Assembly (NCBI GenBank): GCA_004431415.1
Contig: QPMI01000044.1
Coordinates: 124,001-188,000 of the forward strand
DNA from: Cyanophora paradoxa CCMP329
Taxonomy: Eukaryota > Plantae > Glaucophyta
DNA length: 64,000 nucleotides
Direction: 5' to 3'
The notes beneath the pieces are model-generated. The model saw nothing but the letters and a program-made list of their open reading frames with translations, was not told the origin of the DNA and made no database searches. Numbering within the stretch: the first letter of the stretch is position 1; every line of letters begins with the position of its first letter. Below, piece after piece: positions 25,026-36,200 of this stretch. Both the position numbers and the translations under genes were made by a program.

Positions 25026-28000
25026 TCACCAAAACGGCGCCATTGCATGAAAAGAAGTAGCAGTAGCTGTAGTAGCAACAGCTGCAGCTGTAGTAGCAGT
25101 AGTAGAAGGAGTGTTGAAGAGGAGGGCGCGGACGGCAACCACGGAGCCGAGGAGGAGCCGCAGCCGCCCCGGCGCCGCGCGCCCGAGCTCCAGCACGCCG
25201 GCGGGCCCGCCCTGTTGCGTGCGCACTCGTTTAGGGAAGCGCAAACTATCAAAGGCCTTGCTAAATGAATATCGACGCGGATATATATATAGATCTAGAA
25301 GGGCGGGGTCGAGCGGGGTCGATCTAGATCTATTAGAGAAGGGCGAATCGAAGGCCCGCGGCCCCCCCCTAGATGTTATAATTATCTAGATGCAGCCGGA
25401 CGGCGACACCGCAGACCGCGGCCGCGGGGCGGAGCGCACCAGGCCGGTGAGGTACTGCCTGACATAGAGGAACTCGCGCGTCGTCCCCGGGGGGAGTCGC
25501 CCCTTCAGATCCTGCGCGCGCAAGCAGGAAAAGATAAGATCAGTATGCGAAACCGTCCAGTCGTCTCAAGGAAGGTTGTCGGCCGAGAGTTAACGGTGTC
25601 AGAAAAATATAACAGCGAATAAAACGCTATGTTTGATGCGCATTAAATACTCTATGATGAGCGGGCGCCGCCATTAGCGTTATAATTACGTAGTTGATCG
25701 CACGACCCACCCACTTCGAAAGAAGCGCACCCAGAGCAGCGCGTCGACGGATTTCTCGGGATTCGCGAGGTCGCTCAGGTGAGCAAAGATCGGGTTGCTC
25801 AGCAGCTCATCCAGCACGTCGCGCGCCGACACTGCGCCGGTCGCGATCATATGAGCGATGCCGAGCGGAGTGGATCGACATCGATCGCGAGAGCCTCAGC
25901 TCACGGCGGCGCACTGGCGGGGCTGCGCTGGAGGATGCCCAAGACCCGAAGAATGACGGCCCGCTCCAGCGGGGCGGAGAGGGGGGCGAGCGGGCGCAGG
26001 CACAGGACGTGAGCGGAGAACAGCGAAGCGTCGCCTCTAAAGACAGCGCCCAGCCGCGAGTGAGTCACGAGGGCGGCAGAGGACCCGCGGCTCGATCAGA
26101 GGCGCACGTGATCAGGGGCTCGAGCTCCGGATCGAAGCAGCTGCGCGGACGCAGCATTTCATGGGCCCACACGTTCGCCCCAACGTCCTGAGGGGCGCGG
26201 GGCGGCGGCTGGCCGATGCCCAGCACCGCGGGGCCCATGCTGGCCCACAGCGCCGCGACGTAGAGACGGACTCCGCGCGCGTCCTGCTGCTGCGCGTCCT
26301 CCGGCTGCTGATGCTGCCCCCTGACCAGCGCGGCGAACGCGCTCGCCGCCTCTGCAGGCGAGAGCTGCAGCGCCAGGAATGTCTCCGGCGGAGCCGTGGC
26401 TCCAGCCCTCAGGCGAGCAAGCACGAGCTCGCGCAGCTGGCTCTGCCAAGCCGAGGGACTCGGCACTTGCTGCAAGTTCGGCGCTACCGCAGCCGCTGGT
26501 CCCGTAGGCTGCGCCAGCGGATGTGCCGCGCCATGCGCCCAAGCCGCGGCGTGCGTGGGCGGCTGTGGCTGCGGCTGTTGCTGCATATGCCAACCAGCCG
26601 GCAAGACCTGAACGTATTGCAGAGGCTGCTGCGGTGACCAGCCCCACTGCCCTGCCGACGTCGAAGGGAGCTGCTGCTGCGGCTGCAGCTGAGGCCCCGG
26701 CGCCGGAGCCGTCGGCTGAACCGCGGGCTGAGGCTGAGGCCCCGGCGCCGGAGCCGTCGGCTGAACCGCGGGCTGAGGCTGAGGCCCCGGCGCCGGAGCC
26801 ATCGGCTGAACCACGAGCTGAGGCTGAAGCCCCGGCACCGGAGCCGTCGGCTGAACCGCGGGCTGAGGCTGAAGCCCCGGCGCCGGAGCCATCGGCTGAA
26901 CCACGGGCTGAGGCTGAAGCCCCGGCGCCGGAGCCGTCGGCTGAACCACGGGCTGAGGCTGCAGCCCCGGCACCGGAGGGATCGGCTGATCCGTGGGCCA
27001 TGGCGCTGGCGCCCGAGCCGTCGGCGGCGCCGCGGGCTGTGGCGCCGGCCCCGGCGCCGGAGCTGTCGACTGAACTACGGGCTGTTGCGCCGGCTTCTGA
27101 GGCGGCGCCAGCGGCCGCGGCCCGTGAGCAGGCTGCGCTGGGCGGCCAGTGGGCGCCGCCGCGTGGGGAGGCTGCTCCTGGCACTTCGCGATCAGACCCG
27201 CAGTCCCGAGTTGGGTTCGAGGCGCCGGGTTCAGCTGAGAGGCCGCGGCCGGAAGGTCACTGGAGCTGGAGCTTGCGACACGCCCGCGCGGCACGGGCAG
27301 CGGCGCCGGCGGCGGCAGCAGCGGTGGTGGAGACAGAACTGACGCGCCGCCGCCGGACGGTCGAGCACCCGGCTGCTGCGGCCCCACTGGATCCGAGGGC
27401 GCCCCTGGCGGCAGGCTCGGAGACGCGCTGGCGCCGACGCTGGGCTGCGGAAGCGCCGATCGAAGAGGCGCCACAACGTCGCTGCGTTGAGGGGCGTAGA
27501 TGGACGCCGGCGCCTCTACCGCCAGCGTTTTGCCCAGCGGCTCCGGCCACAGCGCACTCTCCCCTGATCACGAGGGCCGAGTCAGCAAAGCCATCGTGTC
27601 CAAGGTGGGCGGGCGCGGGGGACCTACCGGCATCGGGGATGGGATGAGACCTCGAGAGGCCGACAGCGCCCGCGGGTGGCGTCGCGGCCGTGCCAGCGCC
27701 TTGCGACTTCGACCGCGAACGCCGCTGGCTCGGCAGCGCTGTGGTCGGATTCAGAGGCCGGCCAGGCAGCCGCGAGCGCCGCGGGCCAAGAGGCGCGCAC
27801 ATTTTTCGCGTGCGTGAACGAGGATGCGGCCGTGGACGGGGGGCCACCCCCGAGCCTCCACGTGCAACTCGAAGCGGCGCCCCTCGTGCCGGTGCTGCCG
27901 TACGCGTTGGCGCCTCCACGTGAGGCGCGACCCCGCCCGCAGGCTATGGGCGGCGCGGCGGGGCTGCGGACCGAGGTGGTCGTGATTGAGAAGCTCTCGT

Positions 28001-30393
28001 AGGAACAGCCGGCTTCGTCTAGGGTGAGATGGCAGGTGCGGCAGGGGCGGCCCCCGCCGGCGCCCTTGAAGAAGACCGGCGGCAGGTCCGCCGCCGCGTC
28101 GCCCGTCCCCGCCAGCCCCGACGCGTCCACTGCGCCCCGCCCCGCATCAGTCCGAGCGGCGCAGCACGGGGTGAAACGGGGCAGGGACAAGCCCTCGTAG
28201 CGGAGGGAGATGCGGAGGGTCCGGCCGGCCCAGACGCCCGCGGCCCCGGATGCGTCGCGCAGCTGCAGCTTCAAGCAGCGCGTAGTGATCGCTGTGTAGG
28301 CGGCGAAGCCCGCGCCTTCCTCGTCATCCGCTGCCATGGGCGAGTAGACGGGCGGCCCGCGCCGTCCTCGTAATCAGCGCTCCGACCGGCCGGCCCGCTC
28401 CCCGCAGGGTGCACGTGCCCACCTGCTCGTTCCGCGGCTCATGAGAACGAAGGTCGTTCCCGCCGCGCCGGGCGCCGGGCCGGCGCCGCCCTTGTCCTCC
28501 ACGCGCGCCGCCGGCGCGGGCGCCGGCGCCCCGCCATTCTCCGAGCTCGCTTGTGGGGGCGGCCGAGGGGCCGCACTTGCGTCTGGCGGAAGAGGGGTAA
28601 GGAAAAGGGCCGAGGAGGCGGAGCGCGGGTCTCACAGAGCCAGGCATCAGTTGAAGAAGGCGCTGGGGTGGCGGCAGAAAGGACAGAGCGTCCCCGCTCG
28701 GCTCCCGCTGCTGTGCTTTGCCCGCGGTCGTCGCCGCTGAAGAGCCCGTCGCGATCGGCCGCCCTGGAGGGACGGGGGCGAGAGGAGGCGGAGAGGGACG
28801 CCGTCTGCGCGCCGGCGTCTGGCGGGGACACACTCAGACGCGGCGAACGGCGACGTGGCGAAAAGTGCATACAATTCTCACCCGTCGAAACGTTCGACGC
28901 GGAGGGCTCAGCAGAGCCGGCGGGTGTGAGCTGGGGAACGTTAACGTTCAACCAGGTCCAGGCGGGAGACGTGGGCCGCGGCTCCGCCGCTGCCGCCTGA
29001 GGGGCGGCCGCTGCCGTCCCGCCCGGCGGGACGGGCGGAGCGGGCTGGCCTCCCGTCCCTCCACTATGAGCGGCCGCGTCGGACTTTGGAGGGACGCCTG
29101 CACGGGGCCGCAGCGGCCAGGCGTCAGCGGCAGTCAACGTCCGTGAAGGGTTCAAAGGGGGGGCGGCCGCGGGGAGCACCGGGGGGCGGCGGCTCGGCCT
29201 TCACAGCCGGCGGCGGAGCGGCGGCTGGCGGCGCGGGAGCCTCGGATGGACCTGCACAGACCGCGGCGCCGGCGGTCAGGCGCGGCGTGGCCGGCGGACC
29301 GTGAAAGAGGGGCGGCCGCGGGGAGCACCGAATGGGACGGGAGGGACGAATTTGATCTCCTCCGCCGCCGGCGCCGCCCCCGAACCGATTCCTGCGCGAA
29401 ACCGCACCGATCAGAGCGAGCAGAGGGGCGCCAAGAAAGGCGGCGGGGGGCACCAGAGAGCGGCAGCGACGGATCCGCCCCCGGCGCGCCGCCCTTCTCG
29501 GCCCTTCGCTCCTCCTTCACGGCTCGAGGCAGAGGGGACTGGAGGGGCCCTCCCTTCTCCTCCTCCTCCTCGCGCCGGCTCGCGGCGGCCGGCTCCTCCT
29601 CATCCGCCTCCGCCTCCGCCGCTGCCTCGACCGGTGAGGCCGCCTGGCCTGCTGCTGCTGCTGCTGCTGCTGTCGCCGGCGCCGCCGCCGCCGCCGCCGC
29701 CACCGTAGAGGCCCGCGCCGGAACTGAAGAGTACGGCGAACTGGGGGGTACAGGCCGTCAAGGCTCCGAGGAGGGTACGGGGAAGGGAGAGGGAGAGGAG
29801 GAGGCGGACCTTTCGAGGACGTCGTACTTCTCCAGGAAGCTCTTGAAGCGCTTGTACCCTTCCGCGCTCCGGGCCTCGGGGCCGTCGGGATCCGCGTACC
29901 CCACCCGCTCGCCCGCGCTCGGCCCGAACAGCGCAACCCACCAGCGCTCCGACTCGTAGCCTGTCCCAATTGCAAGGCTGCGTGAGCGGCGACTCGGTGG
30001 GAAGGGCGGGAGGCGGCGCGCGGCGCGGCGCACGGGCTTCGGGGACGAGCAAGGAGGCGTCCGGCCCCAAGCAGATGAGATTGAGCCGATCGAGGTTCCG
30101 AGCCGCCTTTTCCTCCGAGTCCGCTAGTGGTGTGTACAGCTGCGGGGAAAGAAGAGGGCGCGTCAGGGCGCGAGGGAGGAGAGGGGAGAAGAGCGGGAGG
30201 GGGGTGGGGGGGGGAGGAGGGGGGGAAGGAGGGGGGGAGGGGGGAGGGGGGAGGGGGGGGGAGCTCTCTTCATCGTCAAGTTGGAGCTCCAGATCCAGCT
30301 CGATCGCCATCGCTGCGGGGCGCCTAATTGCCGCTTGTCGTACCGGGTCACCCCAGGGTACTGGACCGGCGGCACGCCGCGGGCTCGCGCCCC

Positions 30394-30433
<40 letters not shown>

Positions 30434-30830
30434 TGCCGCCGCTGCCATTGCTGGAAGGGCCTCCAGTCGCGAGTTTCGCCACGGCGCTGCCGCTGAAGCT
30501 GAAGCTGCTGCTGCTAGCGGGCGGCTCGAATCCGCCGCTCGCCCCCTCATCCGGCTCCTCGTCGTCCTCGAGAATGTCTACGTCCTCCCCTTCTGACCAC
30601 AAGTCCTCCGGGCGCTCAGGGTCGGGGGCCCCGGTGTCCGGGATGGAGGCGCCAGCGATCGGCCCGATCTGCTGCTCCCGCGCCGTTTCCGCCACATCCC
30701 CCGATCCTGCGCTGGCAATGATGAGACGAGCGTGCGGCGGGAGCTCGAGGCGAGGCGAGTGGCGCGCTGCCGCCGCACCGCTTTCGGTCCGTGGAATCTT
30801 GGATGGCCGCATCGGCGTCCGCGAGGACTC
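25026..30830 (-). CDS. Family copy 3: AP2-like + STAT-like/CudA-like + unknown C-terminal domain; apparent 1-bp frameshift near 30362
   Basis: EQQIGPIAGAS..LWSEGEDVDIL, then YPGVTRYDKR..RWRSSWIWS|LYTPLADSEEKAARNLDRLNLICLGP (30035-30370). The module is at 27810-28460, followed by YVAALWASMGPAVLGIG and an end at LLGSVVAVRALLFN..FW*. Confidence 0.65.
26690..26980 (-). repeat. Coding minisatellite, 45-bp unit (PTAPAPGPQPQPAVQ), about 6 copies
   Basis: GGCTGAACC(G/A)CGGGCTGAGGCTGA(G/A)GCCCCGGCGCCGGAGCC repeats with a 45-bp period. Confidence 0.92.
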
Positions 30831-31779
30831 GAGCTCGCCGTGTTACGAGGCGGCAGAGAACGCGCCAGCTGCAGTTCGAACGCGCCGCTCACTGCTGGTG
30901 AGACTTTTGCGGGAGCTGCATCTGCCTGCAGTCCGCCGAGCGCCAAAGCATTGCTGCGCTGCGCTGCTGATACGGCTGGCGGGAAACGCGCTCGCCGGCC
31001 TCACCGCTGGAGGGCGGTGCGCTGGGAGCTTACTAGGGGGGGTACTATGCTCCGCACCGCAAACTCCGCAGCTGGCCGGCTCGGCACGATGGCACCTTCC
31101 CCCCGCGCGCGCCTCCGCCGAGCGACACACACGTCCCACCGCAGCTGATCGGATCGGCACCTGCATCATGCATCATGCATCATGCGCGCTACGTGTCCGG
31201 CCACGGCTGTGCGCGCTACATGTCCGCTTCTGCGTCGACGCCCTAGGCCTTACTCATATGCATGCGCCAGGCTGCTGCCCGGACGCCTCGCACGCCGCGC
31301 CCTCGCAAAACCGGTACCATAGGCCTCGCCGCGCGCCGCGCGCCCCTTCCGAACGCCAACGCCAACGACTCCAAGGCTCCAACCTTGCCCCGCACCGCGC
31401 TGGTCATGACGCACACTCCGCGACACAGGCTGCGACGCGTACGGCTGCGGAACGAACCCGCTCAGCTCATGATCATGATCAGCTGCAGGCTGCGGAGTGG
31501 CGCACCCGTTCCTAGGCCTCCGCGTGCCGCACCCCATCGCCATCACGATCGCGCAGATCTAGATCTAGAACTCCGATCGTCGCCTCCTCTGAGCGCGCTG
31601 CGGGCGTCCCCGCAGTCCCGCTCCCCTCCGGCGCCGGCCTCTTTGCGAAGCCCGTACCCCTCGTCGACGTCGCCGCCGGGCCTTCGACACCATCCGGGGT
31701 ACGCGCGCGCTCTCCGCTCCGCCGGGCCGCTGCCGGCCGACCGACGTACCCCCAGACGCGACCGCTCGAACTGCGCTCC

Positions 31780-32629
31780 GGCAGCGCGCGCGCTACATGA
31801 ACGTGGAGCACCTGCTCCTCGACCGGCGACGCCTTCGCTGACTCGCTCGAATTCCAAAGGTGCCTATAAATTTCCCTCGAGCCCCCCCGTACCCCCTCAC
31901 CCCTCCGGCAGGGGGGTACCTGGTCGAGGAAGAGCAGCTGGACGTCTCCACGCTGAGCGCGAGGAACCTTTTACCCCCGGCGCGTATCGTCGAGGCGCGT
32001 ATATGTACCCCCCCCGGGCGCGCCCCCTCACTCGCGTCCCCTCACCTTCGAGCAGATCGAGCTCCCGTCTCGGCCCGGCGCCTCGAGCTCCCGTCGGCCC
32101 TCTGCCCCAAGCGAGACCGCCCCATCTTCTATCTTTTTCCATCGAAATGTGCGCATGCGCATAAGGTCGACGGCGAGGGCGGCGCGATCCCCGCCCTCGC
32201 ACCCCTCTCGGAGCCGCGGGCCGAGCTGCCAGGCTGCCCGCCCAGCGCTAGCGCCCCGGCCGCCGGGCCCGCGTCGAGCTCCAGTGATTCTTGCGCCTCT
32301 AGATCTCCCCCCCTAGATCTCCCTCTGCTGCTCCTCACGCCCGGCAGGCGGCCGGTGGCGCTGGACGGCGACGGAGCGGGTACGTCCTCTTCGCCTTCCT
32401 TCAGCACGAGCCTGTTCAGCTCTGACCGTCGGACGCGCCCCGGGCCCCGCAGAGCGACAATCGCAAGGCCGCCAGCGCTGGCGCGATGGTGCCCAGTGCC
32501 TGGCCTGCTGCCTTCTTCCTCCCCCCGTTCCTGGGCTGATGGTGTACCCCCTCAGACTCCTTGCATGGGCTGAGGACGCGGGCTGAGTTCGCCCTCGTCG
32601 GGTATCCCCCCCTGCCCCCGTCCCCCCCC

Positions 32630-32663
<34 letters not shown>

Positions 32664-33006
32664 CTGCCCGGACGAGCCTCTCGGGGGGGCAGGCTCGAAA
32701 TGGACGAAGATTGAGCAGGCTTTCATGACCCCGGACGCCGTGACGAGCCTCTCGGGGAGGGGAGGGGGGGGGAGGGGGGGAGGGGGTAAACGTGGCGAAG
32801 CTGCTACCTGCCCCTCGGCGCCCGCTCCACGTTCCACGTGCGCGAACCCCTCTTTCTCCCTCTCTTTTATCTCACTTTCAGTCGCCAGCCTGCCGTGTAC
32901 GACGGTCGGGCGCCGGCGTGAGGGTCGACTGCAGCTGAGCATGCGCATGAGGCCCCGGCCCGCGGCGGCCGGCGTCACCGTCACGTCGCCCCTCTTCCCC
33001 TCGTGA
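31780..33006 (+). other. Possible spliced gene or gene remnant of unknown function
   Basis: Short coding-like segments (YMNVEHLL, TGDAFADSLEFQ, GYLVEEEQLDVSTLSARNLLPPARIVE) are separated by intron-like stretches (GTGCCT..CTCAC..CAG, ~31860-31911). The frame needs a correction and no domain is recognised. Confidence 0.25.
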
Positions 33007-33225
33007 CACGTGCTGACGTCGACGGCCCCCCGGGCCCGGGGGCCCCAGGGCCCGGGGGCCCCAGGGGCCTGCATATCCTGCAATTTCGTATTCAATACGT
33101 ATTCAATTAAGCAATGAGAGGAAAGCGTACTGCTGCTTAGAATACGTATATATAACTTCAAGCTTATTACATTACAATGAAAATAATTCTGCGTTGTCAT
33201 AAATTAAAGTTGCTGGTGTAACCAA

Positions 33226-36200
33226 TCATGATCGCTGAGGCGGGGCCATCGCATGAACTCGAAGAGAAGCAGACGAGGAAGAGTTGAAGAGGAGGGCGCG
33301 GACGGCAACCACGGAGCTGAGGAGGTCCCTAAGATGCCCCGGCGCCGCGCGCCCGAGTGCCAGCACGCCGGTGGGCCCGCCCTGTCGCGCGCGCGCGCGC
33401 ACGCTTGTTTAGGGGAGGGGAAGGAGGCGGGGCGCGCGCGCGCCGGCCGCATAGACGTTCTAGATTTAATCATCTGCCTCCGTTACTGTTTAGGAGGACA
33501 CCGCCCCAGTGAAGTTGTTATAATCATCTAGATGCAGCCGGACGGCGCGCTAGAGCGGAAAGGGGCGCGCGCCGGCGCCGACCATAGAGACCGCGGGTCA
33601 CGATCGCGTTTTTTCGGAGCGCACCAGGCCGGTGAGGAACTGTCTCAGAATATGGACCGCGCGGCTCATTCCGGGAGGACGCTTGTCTCTCAGATCCTGC
33701 GCATGCGCCAGCAGACGATAGTTACGCAGGCAGCGTCTTGATCGATGAAGCGCAGGCGATCGATATCGTCTTGGAGCGCACCCAGAGCAGCGCGTCGACG
33801 GACTGCTCGACATTCGGGAGGTGTCCGAGGTGAGCGAAGATCGGGTTACTCAGGAGCTCCCGCAGCACGTCGCGCGCCGACACTGCGCAGGGCGACGATG
33901 AGCAGAGCAGAGCGAACGGGCGGAAACTATGAAATGAAATCGTGAAAAGCACCTGCCCCATTGCGCTCAAGGATGCCTGCGATTTGGACCACTACGGCGC
34001 GCTCCAGTGTTGGGGAGAGGAAGGGCAGCGGGCGCAGGCTCGGGACGGTAAGGAAGAACAGCTCCGCGTCGCCTCTGCGGGAGGCGAATTCGAAGACGAG
34101 CCGCGAGCTCGAGTCAGCTGTGAAGGCGCAAGGACCGCGGCTCGCGATCGATCAAAGGCGCACGTGATCAGGAGCTCGAGCTCGGGGTCGAAGGGGCATC
34201 CCGGCCGCAGCATGTCGTCTGCCCACGCTCCAGCGTCCTGAGGGGCGCGGGGCGGCCTCGGCCGGCCGATGCCCAGCACCGCGGGGCCCATGCTGGCCCA
34301 CAGAGCCGCGACGTAGAGACGGACCCCGCGCGCGCCCTGCTGCTGCGCGTCCTGCGGCCGCTGCTGCTGCTGGCCCCTGACCAGCGCGGCGAACGCGCTC
34401 GCCGCCTCCGCGGGCGCGAGCTGCAGCGCCAGCGATGTCTCCGGCGGAGCCGTGGCTCCGGCCCTCAAATACACGAGCACGAGCTCGCGCAGCCAGTTCT
34501 GCCACGCCGAGGGGCCCAGCGGCTGCAGCGCTAGCTGCGGGCCCAGGGGCAGAAAAGGTGTCGCACCATGCATACAAGGCGATGGCTGTAGCTGATGCTG
34601 CAGCGCTAGCTGCGGGCCCGGGGGCAGAGAAGATGCCGCGTCATACATACAAGGCAATGGCTGTAGCTGATGCTGCAGCGCTGGCGCTGGCGTCATCGCG
34701 TGGCAGCCCGCCGGCAGCGCCAGCAGGACCGGTAGCGCCGGTGCTGGCGGCACTGCGTGCCAGCCCGCCGGCAGGACCGGTACATGTGCATGCTGCAGAG
34801 GCGGCTGCGGCGCCGGCTGCGGCGCAGTACAGTCCAGCCCCGGGACCCGCTGCCCTGTGGCCGCTGACTGCAGCGGAGGCCAAGGTGCCGGCCATATGGC
34901 CGGCTGCGGCTCTAGATATTGGGGCGGCACTGCCGCTGCGTGCGGAGGCTGCACGGGGCCGCCGCCACTGGCGCTGGAACCGGCTCGCATGGCAAGCTCG
35001 TCCAGAGTTGGAGACGTGCTGGCGCCGGCGCCGGCGCCGGGCTGTGGGAGAGGCGTTCGATGCAGGTCTCTGCTGCTCCTTCGAGGGGCCATGCCGGATA
35101 CAGGCGGCTCTCCCGCCCCAGAAAACGACTGAGACGAGGCCGAGTGTACTTGCCGGTGCCCTTTTCTCGCCATCGATTCCGGATCTGGCGCCGTTTCTTC
35201 TGATCACGATCGCGAGGACCGAGTCAGCAAAGAAATCGCGGCGAGGGACGGTTCGAGAGACCGACCGCGCCGGGGAGAAGTGCGGGAGGGCTCGCATTCG
35301 GCTGCCTCCGGCCGAGATCCGGGAAACGCAGGCCTAGGGGGGTCGAAGGGAGCCGGGGAAGGGGCCGCTGGCCCGACGGCGCTGCTGATCGCGATGGCCG
35401 CGATGGCCGCGGGCGGCGCCGCGCACGCCTCCCTGCCGCGGACCGCCGCGGGCAGGGCCGGTTGCGCCGGCGGTGCGGGGGCGAGGCTCAAGGAAAGCGC
35501 GGAAGGGGAGGCGGCGGGCGAGGCGGAGGAGGCGGGATCGGCGCGGGCCGCCGACGGGTCGGGGAGAACAGCTGCAGTTGGCAGGTCGCAGGTATGAAGG
35601 CGTCCGACGGGGCCCAGCCCAGAGACGGGAGGCGTCACGGCCGCCGCGCCCAGCGACTCCGACTGCGAGCGCCGCTGGCTTGGCAATGCTGCGTGACGGC
35701 TTGGGGCCCGCCAGGCGGCGCGTCCGGTTCCGGGGGCCACGGACCGTGCGCGCGCGTGTGGACGAGGATGCGGCCGTGGACGCGGGGCGACCCCCGAGCC
35801 TTAACGTGCAATTCGAAGCGCCGCCCTTCGTGCCGGCGCTGCCGCCCCCGCGTGAGGCCCCGGCCCGGCAGCCATGGTCGGCGCGGCGGGGCGGCGGACC
35901 GAGGAGGCACGAATGGCGAAGCTCTCGCGGGAGAGGCCGGTTTCGTCGAGGGTGAGGTGGCAGGCGCGGCAGCGGCGGCCCTCGCCGGGCCCCTCGAAGA
36001 AGGCCAGCGGCAGGTCCACCGCGTCACCCGTCCCCGCCGGCCCCGACGCATGCTGCACCGGCCACCCGTCCACTGCGCCCGGCCCCGCGTTAGTCATGGA
36101 TCAGAACAGCGCAGCGCGCGGCGAGGCGGGGCAGGAACGAGCCCGCATATCGAAGAGAGACGGTCAGGGTCCGGCCGGCCCAGAGGCCCGCGGCCCCGGA

